This document shows positions 1-12,580 of a DNA stretch of 64,000 nt, piece by piece. The DNA comes from Carcharhinus longimanus. Lineage: Eukaryota. The notes below the pieces were generated by a model, which searched no databases, was not told where the DNA came from, and worked only from the letters and a program-made list of their open reading frames with translations. The stretch is from contig JASCQW010000099.1 of assembly GCA_030264375.1 (NCBI GenBank), forward strand, positions 42,284,639 through 42,348,638, read 5' to 3'. The number at the start of each line of letters is the position of its first letter. Positions within the stretch are counted from its first letter, which is position 1. The position numbers and the translations under genes are program-made.

Positions 1-104
1 ATCCAACTAGGCCAAGCTGACAAGTAATTTCAATTCCTAAAAAAGTGTCCCAGTTCCTCAATTGTTCCATAATTCAAAAGGGATTGTTTATTAAATATAC
101 TCAC

Positions 105-301
105 TGTCGTCAGTCTCTCCAATGCTGAAAACCTTTCATCCCACGTAGCTGCCGATTTCTCAAATGCCTCATGTCTCTTAATCAGTTTCTCCACCTCGTC
201 CACACTCTGACCCAATTCTCGACTTGATAGGTATGGCTCTTGGCCTAAAAGCCAGGCTTCTGCCACACCTGCATCTCTGGCAAACTGATGTACTTCCAAT
301 A
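105..301 (-). CDS. SPTBN1: SPTBN1 exon 30 ([25 protein letters not shown]...ALERLTT)
   Basis: Overlaps ORF 30..299; tag|TA...ACA|gtgagt; 197 nt. Confidence 0.95.
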
Positions 302-584
302 CTAAGCAAAGAAATTAAATTCAGGAGGAGAGTTCACAAAGTAAAGATAAAATGCAATGGCAGAACAATAATATTCGTTCATTTCCAATTAACATCAGAT
401 GCAAACTCACAGACAAAATATTTGAAGAACTACTTGAGACATGAAAACTTTGCAATGTATAGTCAGAAAGACTGACCAAAAAGTTCTTCCAATTCAACTG
501 ATTATAGGAAAATGTACATACATGTTGAAGTGCTTTGTTAAATATGAATCTGCTGTGAAAAAGGAATAATAGTGAATTATTTAC

Positions 585-669
585 CTAGTCTGAGCCACTC
601 CCATCTGTCCTCCCACTTGTCAATCATTTCTTTCCTCTTATCTGTTAGTTGCAACAACTTCTCCTTAAT
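585..669 (-). CDS. SPTBN1: SPTBN1 exon 29 (IKEKLLQLTDKRKEMIDKWEDRWEWLRL)
   Basis: cag|ATT...G|gtaaat; 85 nt. Confidence 0.95.
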
Positions 670-1231
670 CTGTATGTGATCAAAGAATCAGTTAGAGAAT
701 AGGATAATTCTTACTGTTATTATTGTACACTTAACAGCACGTTCGTTCTCTCATGTTACAACTAAGTATAATCATGAAACATTCATGCAGAAAGTGAGGT
801 AAACATCTATGTAGATAGAGTTTCATAAAAGTTCAGTCATCGTCTCCTGAAATATCAATATGCATTGAGAGTCATTTCTGCAAACTTTCAATTCCTAAAT
901 TTCTAATGTGCTTCTACTCTCCATCTGGCAGTATTTTACACAAGTGCTTGGCACACACATTCAGTGCCCAAAATAGAGTGCATTCCAATCTCCAACACGG
1001 ATCTTTCTTGCGTTTTCATAAATTCAATTATTCACTCAAACATTATCAAGAATATAACTAGAATTCTCATGTGTTCCAATAATTCAGTAAAACAAGCAAT
1101 GTTTTTACAGCTGATATTCACAATGACCGAACAATTCAGTCATGAGGGTTGACAAAATACAGTAATACAAAATGTGGCCAACAGTCTTGACGTCAAAGCT
1201 GAGCACAATATCTTGATAAAGGGAGTGCTAC

Positions 1232-1370
1232 CTCTTCAGATGCATAGTGCTTTCTTGCCAGGAGAGATTTTCCAAGTTCAATGCACGTTGTGAAACTGTC
1301 ATTACGGGCATCAATTTCAGCTTTGATGCCTTGGTGATTGTTCATTAGCAATTCCACTGACGAAACATCT
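1232..1370 (-). CDS. SPTBN1: SPTBN1 exon 28 ([46 protein letters not shown])
   Basis: Within ORF 1193..1411; cag|A...GAG|gtagca; 139 nt. Confidence 0.95.
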
Positions 1371-1552
1371 CTGAAACAAGATAAAATATATTTATGGTTA
1401 ATCATCAACAACTTGAGTTTACATAAAACACCTCATAGCAATTCAGAGAAGCATAAATCAGCCAAATATGACAAGGTCAGAGAACAAAATACTAGATAAT
1501 TATTATTAATAAATATCCCTCTATTCTTTTCACCCTTAACTCAGCATTTTAC

Positions 1553-1797
1553 CTTGGTTTCTCCTGGGTCTCAATTTGTCGAATAACATCTTCCATCCAA
1601 AGCATCAGGTCACGAACCATGCTAAAGAAGCGGAACTTATCACCAGTATCAAAAAGCTTTGCCCTCCGAGCCTCACATGCATCAAGAAGTGTTTTCCATG
1701 CCTCCAACACTTCTGCTTCACGTTTCTGAATGTCATCAGCCTTGTCACCAGCGTAAGCAGCCTGAAGACGAGCAGCGTCCTCCTGCAGCTGCCTTAC
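1553..1797 (-). CDS. SPTBN1: SPTBN1 exon 27 ([20 protein letters not shown]...IETQEKPR)
   Basis: Within ORF 1549..1836; cag|GTA...AG|gtaaaa; 245 nt. Confidence 0.95.
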
Positions 1798-3250
1798 CTG
1801 TAACGTAACAATATGTTGGAAATGCACCAAAATCATTTATTCTTACCCCCATTATCTTCATAACTGCCATAATACCTCTCACCCAAAACCTATGGTAAAG
1901 CTAACAATTACAAATGAAACCAGTAGCTTTGAGAAAGATAGCTAGGGACCATGAAATATGAAGCAAGCAGAATCTAATCACAGTATTTATATTTATGATA
2001 ATCTTCATGCTAAAAGCACTATCCTTATTGCAAATTTCAATTATGCTAATTTATGTAAATACCATACCTTGATTATATCATGTTAAATTGCACATTTTCC
2101 TTTTAAAGAAGGAACAGAAAAGTTTAAACATCTCCAAGGCTGACATTCACTCAATTTCCTAGCTCTCATCTACAAGTGTTTTCAAAAGTTCCATTCTATT
2201 AAAGTGAGAAAACAGGGATGATAAAATTAATACCATAATTCCATTTAATGTAAATTACCCAGTCATCTATCTATATGGCTGTACTGTAACCATCCCCTCC
2301 TCCTCAGTACATGTTGTAACCTTCAGATTTATATTCAGGATCCATTAAAACCATTTCACATATCTTTTAAGCTTCAACTATATTTGTTTTTTTGGTTAAA
2401 AATTAAAGGATCATAAATTAAAAGGTTTGCAACAATTTACAATTACTGGGAGAGTACTTTCAGACAACAGCAGTAATTATTCTTTGAGAATATGAAATCA
2501 ATTTCCTGGCATAGTTATTAAAACAGTTTGCTTTCAATTTAATGCAAGACAGCTTGATCTTCACTGTACGTGTGACTGCATAATGTTTGATGATAAAGTG
2601 AATTAAAATGTCATGATCCACAGGGTATCGAGTGGTAGTTTGCAGGTTTCTACATTCACAGTGAGGCATCATATAGCGATGATGAGATGCTAACAGAAGA
2701 CCTGCTGATTCCTCACAGAAGATAGAGAAATATCAAAGGTCTAACAATCATGTGCAGGTCTTGGCTTCCAATTTCAAAGTGATGTCGTGAGAGTGCTAAA
2801 GCAGGTTACCTACTCAGTACTTTGCTTGGAGATGCAGGCCAATAGAAGGAATAGAAATATTTCTCATCCTCAGTTACCAAAAAACATTGGTGGAAATGTG
2901 GAAGCAGGTCTTTCAAAAGTCACCTAGGTTGAATTTTTTATGCGACTTAGGAGATTGGAATGGAAGAAAATAAACTAAATATATATTTGTAATAAATGTG
3001 CACGTTCTGAGAAGTGAAATGAAGAGTCTTGGGAATGACCATCTAGTAATGGTCTGTACACTGAAAACTGTGATGGTTCAGGTTCAAGTGATCTTCAAAA
3101 GCAATGATACCACCTTGACTCTGAAGCACCAGTTACAGAAAAATAAATATGCAACTACATTTTGGCTATTGAATATTCAATTAAAAAGGTTAACAAGCCC
3201 AAACTGTGTCTTATTAGTATTAATTATATTGAGTACATTTGTTATTTTAC

Positions 3251-3625
3251 CTGAGTGCCAAGAGCTTGAATGTCATGTTCAAATGTTGTATGCATTCTCT
3301 GCAATGCTTCCACAGTATTCTGATCTCGTCCTAGTTCCTCTGGCAGCTTCTTGTGCTTGTCTTGAATTCTTCCAAGGATCTCCTTAGCATCATGATAAAA
3401 TTTGTGCAATTCATAAGAAGCTGCCAGAATCTGTGTTCTGGTGTCAATAAGCTCAAGGAGATCTGCCCAAGCCTCATTGAGTCCATCTTTCCATTCAGCA
3501 ATTGTGGCAGCATCAGAATGTCCAGAATTGATCAGCTCATCAGCCATACGGTTCACACTGTCAACTCGTTCCTGACCAATATTACCAGTATCACGGGCAA
3601 ATTCACGGAACCTCTCTTGTAGCAT
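3251..3625 (-). CDS. SPTBN1: SPTBN1 exon 26 ([21 protein letters not shown]...DIQALGTQ)
   Basis: ORF 3242..3625; cag|ATG...CAG|gtaaaa; 375 nt. Confidence 0.96.
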
Positions 3626-4139
3626 CTGAAAAGAAATATAAATTATTAAAGCTTTTTAAAATTTAGTCACTTAGGTTTTAGATAAAGCTAGGTTGGAAGG
3701 CTGACTCTGACCTGGTCTAATCATCCATTTAAAATTCATCGGGGTTAACATGGGTGGGAATTGTGATGATTGATTGAGCCACATTGATTGTTTTTGAAGC
3801 AAGCACATGCTATCCTATTGCTGCCTGTTCAGTTTTGGAGGAGTAAGCTTGTAGAAGTAAGCAACCAGTGTGATGGAGAAGGTCTGGTCCACATTTTACT
3901 ATTTTACTGCTGGGTCAGAAGTTTCTGCCCAGAGTAAAACAGAATGGCAAATTTGTCAAAGGTCTAGTTCGGTCTGAGACAGGGTCTGGGGGAGGGCTGG
4001 AGGAGGAGGAGACCAATGTTCGTTTTAAGCGGTGTGCATGAGATAGGCACGCAGCAACCTAGAAAACATTACTCAGGTCGATTACAAACTTTCTCTTTTA
4101 AGATACTGTTGTATAAATAAACAGCAAACAGAGCACCCA

Positions 4140-4490
4140 AGGTACTGGAGGAAACAAAGGAGGAGTGTGGGAAGGGGAAAAATGGGGGGGATGGGCAAGG
4201 AGGAGGAAGAGTGTAGGAACAGAAAAAGAGAGGAGGAGGAGAAGAGGAAGATCAATGGTGGTATAAATGAGGGTGGGAGAGGGTGAAGCAGGAAGGTGGG
4301 GGAAAGTGACGCAAGAGGGTAAAGCAAGAGTCTGGGAGAAGATGAATTGAGAGAAAGAGGTGTAGGAGGATGAGGGAAGGTGAAGGGGGAGGGTGCGGTG
4401 GAGAAGGTGGTGTAAGAGTAGCAGCAGCAGGGTTAGGGAGGAGAGGAACAGACAGAAAATGAATGACAAATGGAGTGGAAGGAGTTTGTG
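4140..4490. repeat. Purine-rich (GA/GGA) low-complexity tract
   Basis: Almost exclusively G/A on the + strand; generates the spurious L/P/S/F-rich ORFs. Confidence 0.8.
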
Positions 4491-4895
4491 GGAGGCCACA
4501 TGTCCCAGTGACAGGATTCCAGGTTCGAAGATTGCATTAAAGCCCAAACAAATCCTCTAGTTTGGTTTCTGTACTGCTCAGAGGGATGTTATTGCTTCAG
4601 CCTCATCAGTTTTATGCATGGTTCTGAGGATGCGTCCATTTTGTGGGACCCATGGACTTCCCTTGCTGTCATAGCAACACTTAACTTTCCCAACTAGGAC
4701 TCCTGGCCTTCCAAATATCAAATTTAATAGTCTTCANNNNNNNNNNNNNNNNNNNNNNNNNNNNNNNNNNNNNNNNNNNNNNNNNNNNNNNNNNNNNNNN
4801 NNNNNNNNNNNNNNNNNNNNNNNNNNNNNNNNNNNNATATCAAATTTAATAGTCTTCAATGGTAAGCATTAATTGGGGATTCATCTGTGTTCATA

Positions 4896-5237
4896 TCATA
4901 GAATCATAGAACTCCTGCAGTGCAGGAGTTGTTCAATCAGCCCATTTAATTTGCACCGACACTCCAACAGTGCATCTTGCCTATCCTCATAACCCCATGT
5001 TATTTACCCACTAACCTCCCTAACCTACACATCTGGGGACAATTAGGGCAATTCAGCATTGTCAATTAACCTAACCTATACACCTTTGGATTGTGGAAGG
5101 AAACTGGAGCATCTGGAGGAAACCCACGCAGCCACAAGGAGAATGTTCAAACTCCACACAGACAGATACCTAAGGCTTGAATTGAACCCAGGTCCCTAAC
5201 TCTTAAGGCAGCAATGCTAACCACTGTGCCACCATGT
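4896..5237 (-). mobile_element. HE1/V-SINE-type tRNA-derived SINE, near full length
   Basis: Reverse strand reads tggcacagtggttagcattgctgcc...tgggtttcctccagatgctccagtttccttccacaatccaaag, with a (catagaat)n CR1-type tail. Confidence 0.85.
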
Positions 5238-5629
5238 GGTACTATATATACACAGGTAATGGTCGAAATTGTGGGTTAATGGATCTTGAAGTACACAATA
5301 TTTAAATGTGTGTCTATATATAAAAAAAAGTTTGCACGTGCATTAGGTCTAGGATCCAGTTCTACTCTTCACTGTTCGGTTTTCTGAAGTATAACATCTA
5401 CCTGGATCAATTTAGGTATTGTTTCAATTAGAATACAGTGGCCAACATCAACGATCAGGTATGTCCTAAATGAATATAGGCACTATGTTCACAAATCAAG
5501 CAATGATGATCAACACAATAAAATGTAATATAAACAAACCTAATAAGAATAACATTAACAGCCTAATCTTGATTATTTATTCAAATTAAACTGCAGAATT
5601 TATAAAATATTTTTGAGACAGATGTTTAC

Positions 5630-5834
5630 CGTTACATGCTCATAGTCCTGCCCAAGTTCATGCGATCCAGCGACCACCTCACGTTCAGCTATCCATTGCT
5701 CCAGATCATCCACCTCCCTGTTTAATTGGAAAAGGCGGTACCTCTCATCCAGTTTCCCTCTTCTCTCCTCAGCCAAATCTTTCAGGCCAGCATAAAGCTT
5801 GTCCACCTGGGACTGGCGCATGCTGATACGTTCA
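5630..5834 (-). CDS. SPTBN1: SPTBN1 exon 25 ([20 protein letters not shown]...GQDYEHVT)
   Basis: Overlaps ORF 5600..5821; cag|T...ACG|gtaaac; 205 nt. Confidence 0.95.
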
Positions 5835-6669
5835 CTGAAAAAACAAAATGTGCCAAAAATTAATAATAAGGCTTTTTATTTAAAAAACGTCAACCACTTC
5901 TACATGAAAAAACTAAGAACAAAGACTAAGACCGTAGAGGAATGTCGGTTTTCTGCAATCACAGAGATGTGGGTATAAGACATTTAAATCTGGTGGCACA
6001 CTTGTTACCTAACCTGCAATATGAAGGCTCTACTTGACATTCACCTACTTTCACCCAGTTCTATGGTTATTTCTCCTCAATATCACAAATAAATGTGATG
6101 TCAGCAATTATTTACATCTTAATTTGATCCTTCCACAAGTTCACAAATTTCATGCTGACAGTGAGATATAATTCTTGATATGCACCTTATTTGTTAGATG
6201 AGTTTCATGACCCACTGATGATCACAAAGTCAAAAACGTAGATGTTAGAAAGCCAAATTTCAAAAGAATAATGAAACAAGGGCAAAATTAGATAAATGCA
6301 CCTGAGGGATAACTAAATTGAAGAAAAAAGGACTATCTACCAATTTGTGCTCCTGGCATGCAGCTTCACCCGTGGAGACTATAGTAGGAGTTTGGGCATG
6401 GAGGTCAAATAGGAAGATCTAATTATTAATTTAGTAGATGGAAAATCCTGCAAGTCACATCTAAAAACTGAAAGGTCACCGTAGTTCCAGATGTTCAGAG
6501 GCTGACAGGTGATGATTTTAAACTGAGGATTACCACACCTCAGGAGAGAAGCCAGNNNNNNNNNNNNNNNNNNNNNNNNNNNNNNNNNNNNNNNNNNNNN
6601 NNNNNNNNNNNNNNNNNNNNNNNNNNNNNNNNNNNNNNNNNNNNNNNNNNNNNNNATTACCACACCTCA

Positions 6670-6797
6670 GGAGAGAAGCAAGGTTGTGGAGGCAAGGCTT
6701 CATGAATAATCTCAGCTGGTATGGGAACTGAACCCACACTGCTGGCATCACTTTATATTACGAACTAGTCATCCAGCCAACTGAGCTAACTGACTCT
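6670..6797 (-). mobile_element. tRNA-derived SINE 5' region (second family)
   Basis: Reverse strand agttagctcagttggctggatg...gtgggttcagttcccataccagctgag has A/B-box-like motifs; homologous to 7781-7900. Confidence 0.6.
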
Positions 6798-7780
6798 AAG
6801 GTCACATCTACTTCTCTATCAAATATTAGACGTGTTCCTAGCAAGTGAAGCACTGGACTGGGAGCGTGAATTTGTAATATTCATAATACTGAATGTGCAA
6901 CATAAAGTAAACTAATATATGTAAACTAAGTGAGCAAACCCAACAATAAATAGGCCAATTGAAATAGGAAAAAACACACAAAATCTACGTAGTAAGAAAT
7001 GAATAAGAACAATGGGGATTGGAATAAAAATATATTTATATATGTTACTGAAAGACATTACAGACACAAAAAAAGGTTAGGATTTCAAAAAGCAAAATAA
7101 GTTAAGAATGGATTTAAACCATTATTCAATACTGCAATATAGCAAAATAGTAGTACAAGTAGTTGTTTAGATTTAAAAAAATAATTATGCATCCAACTGG
7201 TCATCATTGTGTAACATTATTGGACACTGCTGTGTTTCCACAGTATTGGAAACAGGTTAATGTGGTACTTGTATGAAAAAAGGGTGATAGAGCTCTTTTG
7301 AGCAACTGAGGCAATTTAGTCCAAGATCACTATTAAGAGAAAGCTAATTCAAAGCAATTTTAACTAAAGTTATAAATAATTAGACATTATGTCAGACAGC
7401 AACAAATGAATAGCAGCTAAGGTTTGGGCAAGGATGAATGTGCCCATATGCAAGGTGCAATTACTACAATAAAATAGTAAAAAACTGGAAGTAAAAACAT
7501 GAACTTAATAGTTGGGCCTTTTTGGAACATATAGGTAACAATGCATTTACCTTGAGGATAATGTTTAGAAAATCATTAAAAATCCTCCAAGCAGCTGCCT
7601 TTTATAGAAATATTTTCTTGTTGTTCAGGAATTGATTGTGGCACAAGCAGAAGTACCAGCAACAGACTAGACCTAAGTAGTGTCATGCAATACCCCTCTG
7701 GATAAAGTACCAGCTAAAATTTATTTAGTACAGGACTTTCTAGAAAAGGTGGTGCGGGGTGGGGGGTGGGAGTGGTGTTG

Positions 7781-7900
7781 GTGGCATGGTTAGTTCAGTT
7801 GGCTAGATAGCAGGTGTGGGGTTCAGAATAACCCCAACACTGTGGGTTTGATTCCTGTTGTAGCTGAGGTAGACTTGGGGATCTGCCTCCTCATCCTGCC
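7781..7900 (+). mobile_element. tRNA-derived SINE 5' region (second family)
   Basis: ggttagttcagttggctagatag...gtgggtttgattcctgttgtagctgagg; same family as 6670-6797 in opposite orientation. Confidence 0.6.
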
Positions 7901-9456
7901 CCTGACAGTAGAAGGTAATGGCAAACCACCGCTGACAAAATCTCCAAAGAGAATGGCTCAGGATGAAGCATCAGGTATGTGCCAAGGACTTGCCTTTGGG
8001 CATAACACATAGTTTCTCGAAGAGGGTGCCAGATGCAATGAGAGGCTTTTCTCAGCACCAAAGACTTTTGAAATGCTAGAGCTTATGCAAGTCGCAGAGG
8101 ATCCAAAAAAAAATCTCCACAATTCTAAGCAGAACATGACCTGCAGCTTCCTTTTGGACAGCATTGCCCACGACACAGACTGAATTTTCTGTTTACTCGT
8201 CCTTGTGATTTGAATGTAGATTGCACTTTGAGAATCAAACATCCCTATCTTTTCTTATAGGGTCACTTTCCAGCACACAATTGGAGAATTTGAAACATTT
8301 TGTAAACTGCAAGATGCACGTTGTATGAAGGTAACCACTGCTGGCAGATACCTTGCTTGGACCTTTCAGTGGCAGCACATGCCACTGAGGAGCACAGCAG
8401 GCATAACTTAAAAAGGAATTTGGCTAGACCAGTAACAATTAAAAGGTACTCATCACAACTAGGACAAACATGGCAATGAAGGATAATGATGTAGTGAAAA
8501 TTTAGAATGAGACTGTGCCCAGCAGGGCCAATGGAAATTACAGTACAAGCTGTTTGCTGATTGTGTAATTTCAACCTGAATATTCGTGGCAGTTTTCAGG
8601 CAGATTTTAATGAAAATGTGTGGTTTTCATCCAGTTTTCTGACGATAGTTCATTTGCACACATGGCACAGAGCATCTCTTGATCAGCCTGCCTGATTACC
8701 ATCACATTACTGACTTCCTTTATTGTCCAACCACCAACAGGAATATTCCCACTAATATTGGGGATATAAAATGATTTACAGTAATTAACATGCCAGAAGG
8801 TGAAAAGATAACATGGGAAAAATAGAAAATGACTGAAGTACACTTACTTTAACTTTGCTGTGCCCTTGCAGTAAGGTTCAGCATGCAACCATTAACCCTG
8901 ATTTCCACCTGATAACTTGCACCCAGGTTATTCCGATCCTCAACGTATACTAAATGAAGCACCTCTTTGTTGTTACAGCATGGTCTGTCACCACTGATCT
9001 CTGTGCTTTTAAGTTACACTGCAGCCAAGTTCAGGCAAAATTAAATTCCTGCCCATTTTCTATTAGCAGCCATCTAGTATGCAATGGATTGACAAGAAGA
9101 AAAATTTGGCCTTGTTTTAGGCCACAAAGTAAAACCTGACTTAAAAAACTTAATTTTCCATATTTAGATGACAGCTTTACATTGATGTAAGAAAATGCAC
9201 AAAAAAGGAGTGATTAAATATTTAGGAATTGAAACTTGTCTTTGGTGGTCATGCTAGATGGGTAATGAGTTTGCAGAGTTTCACAGCTGATCAATGGAAA
9301 ATGAATCAAGTGGGATGTAAAGTAAGCTGCCATTTTGCCACCATTCATATTATGCTATTGCTGAAGGACCATTTCTGTGAAGACCAATTTCATCCTTTTT
9401 GTACTTCTCAATACTATTGAACTTGGATATAATATGAATGCCAAGATTAAACCAAC

Positions 9457-9587
9457 CTCTCTGGGTGTCCATCTGCCACCAGAGCTCTGCTCGTTTTTGA
9501 GAGCTGATGCACAGTCTCAGCATAATCTTCCACTGCCAACTCCAAAATCTGATGTTTCTTCAACATCATCACTGCACTCTGCTCATC
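9457..9587 (-). CDS. SPTBN1: SPTBN1 exon 24 (DEQSAVMMLKKHQILELAVEDYAETVHQLSKTSRALVADGHPES)
   Basis: Manual translation; cag|GAT...AG|gttggt; 131 nt. Not in the ORF track. Confidence 0.95.
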
Positions 9588-10049
9588 CTGCAAACAAAGT
9601 GATACGTCCATAAACTGTTAAAATTCCCCAGGAATTTTCTAAATTTCTGCTTAAAAATATAAACTGAAAAGGGATTCAAATACTAAGTAACTTAGATACA
9701 GACTTCTTAAAAATGCTCAGAAATGCAGGTTGAAAAGAAAAGTAATAGTAGAGGTAGATTGCCCAACATGTTCAGCACTTTTACTGGGGTTGGGTGCAGT
9801 GACTATTAGAGACAACTATCTTTTTTTTGAACTACTGCAGAACCTTGGAAATCGAAGAGAAAGTTAATGGGGTATCATTCATAGAAGTTTGGGAACGATA
9901 TGTTGAATGTTTTTAATCAAGTTGTCCATTAGCTATCATAAATGCTTATTATTTTACTAGCTTTTTTTCCCCCCCAATTTAACATGTTTTCATCTAGCAT
10001 ATTTTTAGTCAGCTGCACTATCAGAGTAGTAAAATATGCAATATTCAAC

Positions 10050-10328
10050 CTTCGCTTTCTCTTCTGACATCATGTACAATTCTTGTTCACTCATCCAGGC
10101 TTCAGCCTCTGCAGCATCAAAGTAGTACTGCTGGGCTTTGTGAGACTCCACCAGACGATTGTGCCGTTTCTCCGTTTCTTCAGATAATAACTTCCAAAGT
10201 TCTCGTAGATCTGATAATCTCTGCTGAATAGCCTTCGCACTTGGGGAATCAGCAGTTACCATACTTTGGCTTCTCTCAAATATATCATCAATACGTGGTT
10301 TATGACCTTGAATTTCTTTTTGAAGAGT
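10050..10328 (-). CDS. SPTBN1: SPTBN1 exon 23 (TLQKEIQGHKPRIDDIFERSQSMVTADSPSAKAIQQRL...YMMSEEKAK)
   Basis: Overlaps ORF 10005..10262; tag|ACT...AAG|gttgaa; 279 nt. Confidence 0.95.
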
Positions 10329-11338
10329 CTAGACAAGAGAAAAAACATGATGCCTTATTTTCACCACACAGAAGAAATAGTTGGTGTATCCATATTGCCT
10401 GCCACTGGCTATAGTATAGTATGGGAATGTTAATTTCAACTGCAGCAAATTCCTTTCTTCTGAAAGACCTTTGGTCTGTTGGTTATTTTGTCAAATTCAG
10501 TTTTTCTTTTAATTCATTCATTAAATGAGTTTGCAATATGTTTTACTCATTCATCCAATTCTAAGACCACGTAAATGTTGCTATTTTCATTATAATTTTT
10601 TTGTTTCGATGGGTGTTTGGCAAAAAGGCAGGCAATATGAAATATTACAACTGCTGGATTACTGCCATGATGACCCCATAACGTGCTGCATAGTAATTTA
10701 GCTTTCTTATATTTTGGTTGGTTTTCTAATCAATCTCCACCCCAAGCAGACTTCGAGACTCTCTCCTTCCACCTGACCACAGCTGTTGCTACAGACCATC
10801 CTGCGAAGGGGTTTCCCCTTCCACAATGCTGCTCAGCTGCTTTCGCAACTTTTAAAATTTATAAATGTTAAAGTTGCAGAGAGGGGTTTCAAGAAGGATG
10901 TGTCCTCTCCTTCCTTAAACTGAAAAGATAGACTGTAGCTCCTCCTGTGCCGGAGGACCACCTAATGGCCCTTCAATTTAATGTGAATGACAAACACACA
11001 ATCCAACCACTAATTGGCCAATTCAGAGAAAATCACTACAGGGACATTCTTCTGCAAGCAGTCAAGTTCAGAACCCTCATCTGACCCTAACCTCAGGATC
11101 CTCACTAAATATCCTGCCCTGGATTACCCAGTTTATGCATTTGTGATTTTGGTGTTAAGTCTACTGGCAACAGCACACCCTTGCAGAAGCAAGGTATTTC
11201 CAACTTTTGGGTTCTGTGTTTAGCCAAGTGCGTGAATACCATAAACTACTGTCAGATTTACCATCTAATTATGACTAGCACTACTAGCCTCACTACTTTT
11301 CCACAAAATTTGGGCCAATGTTTCTCACTGAACATAGC

Positions 11339-12263
11339 TGTCACAGACTAAAGGAAGTGAAGTCTGCCTCAATAATCCTCTGAGTTAATTCTGTGCACCT
11401 TATCAAGATAGTATATACTTGTGTTTGTTCTTGCAATGCAACAGGGATAATCTCCCCAGCAAAAATCTGCCTAGTGACAGCTGTAGCCAGCATTCAAAGG
11501 GGATGATGAGATGCAACGCTTCCCAATAATGAGCAGGAATCCAGACAGAATCAGGCATAAAAAGCCCTATCATCAGGAAACATCTTACCTAGATGCCCGA
11601 GAGATCACTGGAGATTATACAGATGCTAATTTTGAGAATCATGGAATATAAGAGGTATAGCCAGCCTAAATACACAAGAAGGGAAAAGCAAAGAGGAAAA
11701 GCAGAAGCAGATAGGCTAGTTCAACAGCTGAAGGGCACTAACAGCTGAGAGGCATTGTAACAGCTAAGAACCAAGGCCAATTTAACATTTCACAATCGAG
11801 AGGCCATTTTAACATCCGAGAAATCTTAGAGTCAAGGTAGTGCAGAAACCTGAGGCTGTTTAAATATTTTTGCTGGACCAGGATTAGCCATGTTTCAGCC
11901 TTGATGTATGGTAACTATAAGCCAGATTTGATTTATAGATTTATTTAACTTGGATGTTTGGGAATGGGAAAGTCTTAAAGAGTTCAGAGATCGCAAATAT
12001 ATATTTTGGAACAAGAGCTATATCAACCATGTGTGCATTTAGTAATTCATATATTTAACTGTCAGAGTATTATAGTCCGATTTGTTTTCTTTTTCTTTAA
12101 TAAATAGTATTTAGTAATTGTCACACGACAACTGGGCTAGTTATTCTCACTGGGGGTTTCACATGACTCCTCCCACCATTCCAAAAATAAAACTATACAG
12201 CATGACAAGCCGGTGTTTCAAATTCAGACGCAGTTGCAGATAACATCAGCGCGGTTCATGACA
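11339..12263 (+). mobile_element. Possible solo LTR
   Basis: Inverted termini TGTCA...TGACA, internal short repeats (acagctga) and AATAAA near 12098. No clear target-site duplication. Confidence 0.3.
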
Positions 12264-12412
12264 GTTTAATAGCTCATTCAAAAGATGGCATCTCTGACAA
12301 AGCAGCACTTCCATCTCCTTCTCAGTACTGCTGTCTTGGTGTAGATTATATTTTCACATCCAGACAGGAACCCACAACCCTCTAATCTGAGGCAACAGAC
12401 TGAGTCAAGCAA
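12264..12412 (-). mobile_element. DeuSINE-type (AmnSINE/SacSINE-like) fragment
   Basis: gtttaatagctcattcaaaagatggcatctctgacaaagcagcact...ctcagtactgc resembles the reverse complement of the Deu core as I recall it. Confidence 0.65.
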
Positions 12413-12490
12413 ACATATCTGTGGTATTAGCAGTGAACAATCATGCTATGCTTTCAAAATATTTCTATCCATATATTTTTCACCAGTCAC

Positions 12491-12580
12491 CTGGTTTTTC
12501 TTGATCAGCATCTGTACAGTCTGAAGGTTGTGGCCATGGTCAGTGGATGTTGCAAGAGGCATGCGTTCTTCAGCCCATAA
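12491..12580 (-). CDS. SPTBN1: SPTBN1 exon 22 (LWAEERMPLATSTDHGHNLQTVQMLIKKNQ)
   Basis: cag|TTA...CAG|gtgact; 90 nt. Confidence 0.95.

Noticed and set aside
2998-3622. Plus-strand ORFs opposite exons (also 1576..1803 and 22022..22333)
   Set aside because: Antisense shadows of SPTBN1 exons.
4082-4547. 149-aa and 81-aa L/P/S/F-rich ORFs
   Set aside because: Translations of the purine-rich low-complexity tract; no splice or domain support.
5835-10049. Apparent missing exon 24 in the ORF track
   Set aside because: Found by hand at 9457-9587 with canonical splice sites; it is simply below the ORF length cut-off.
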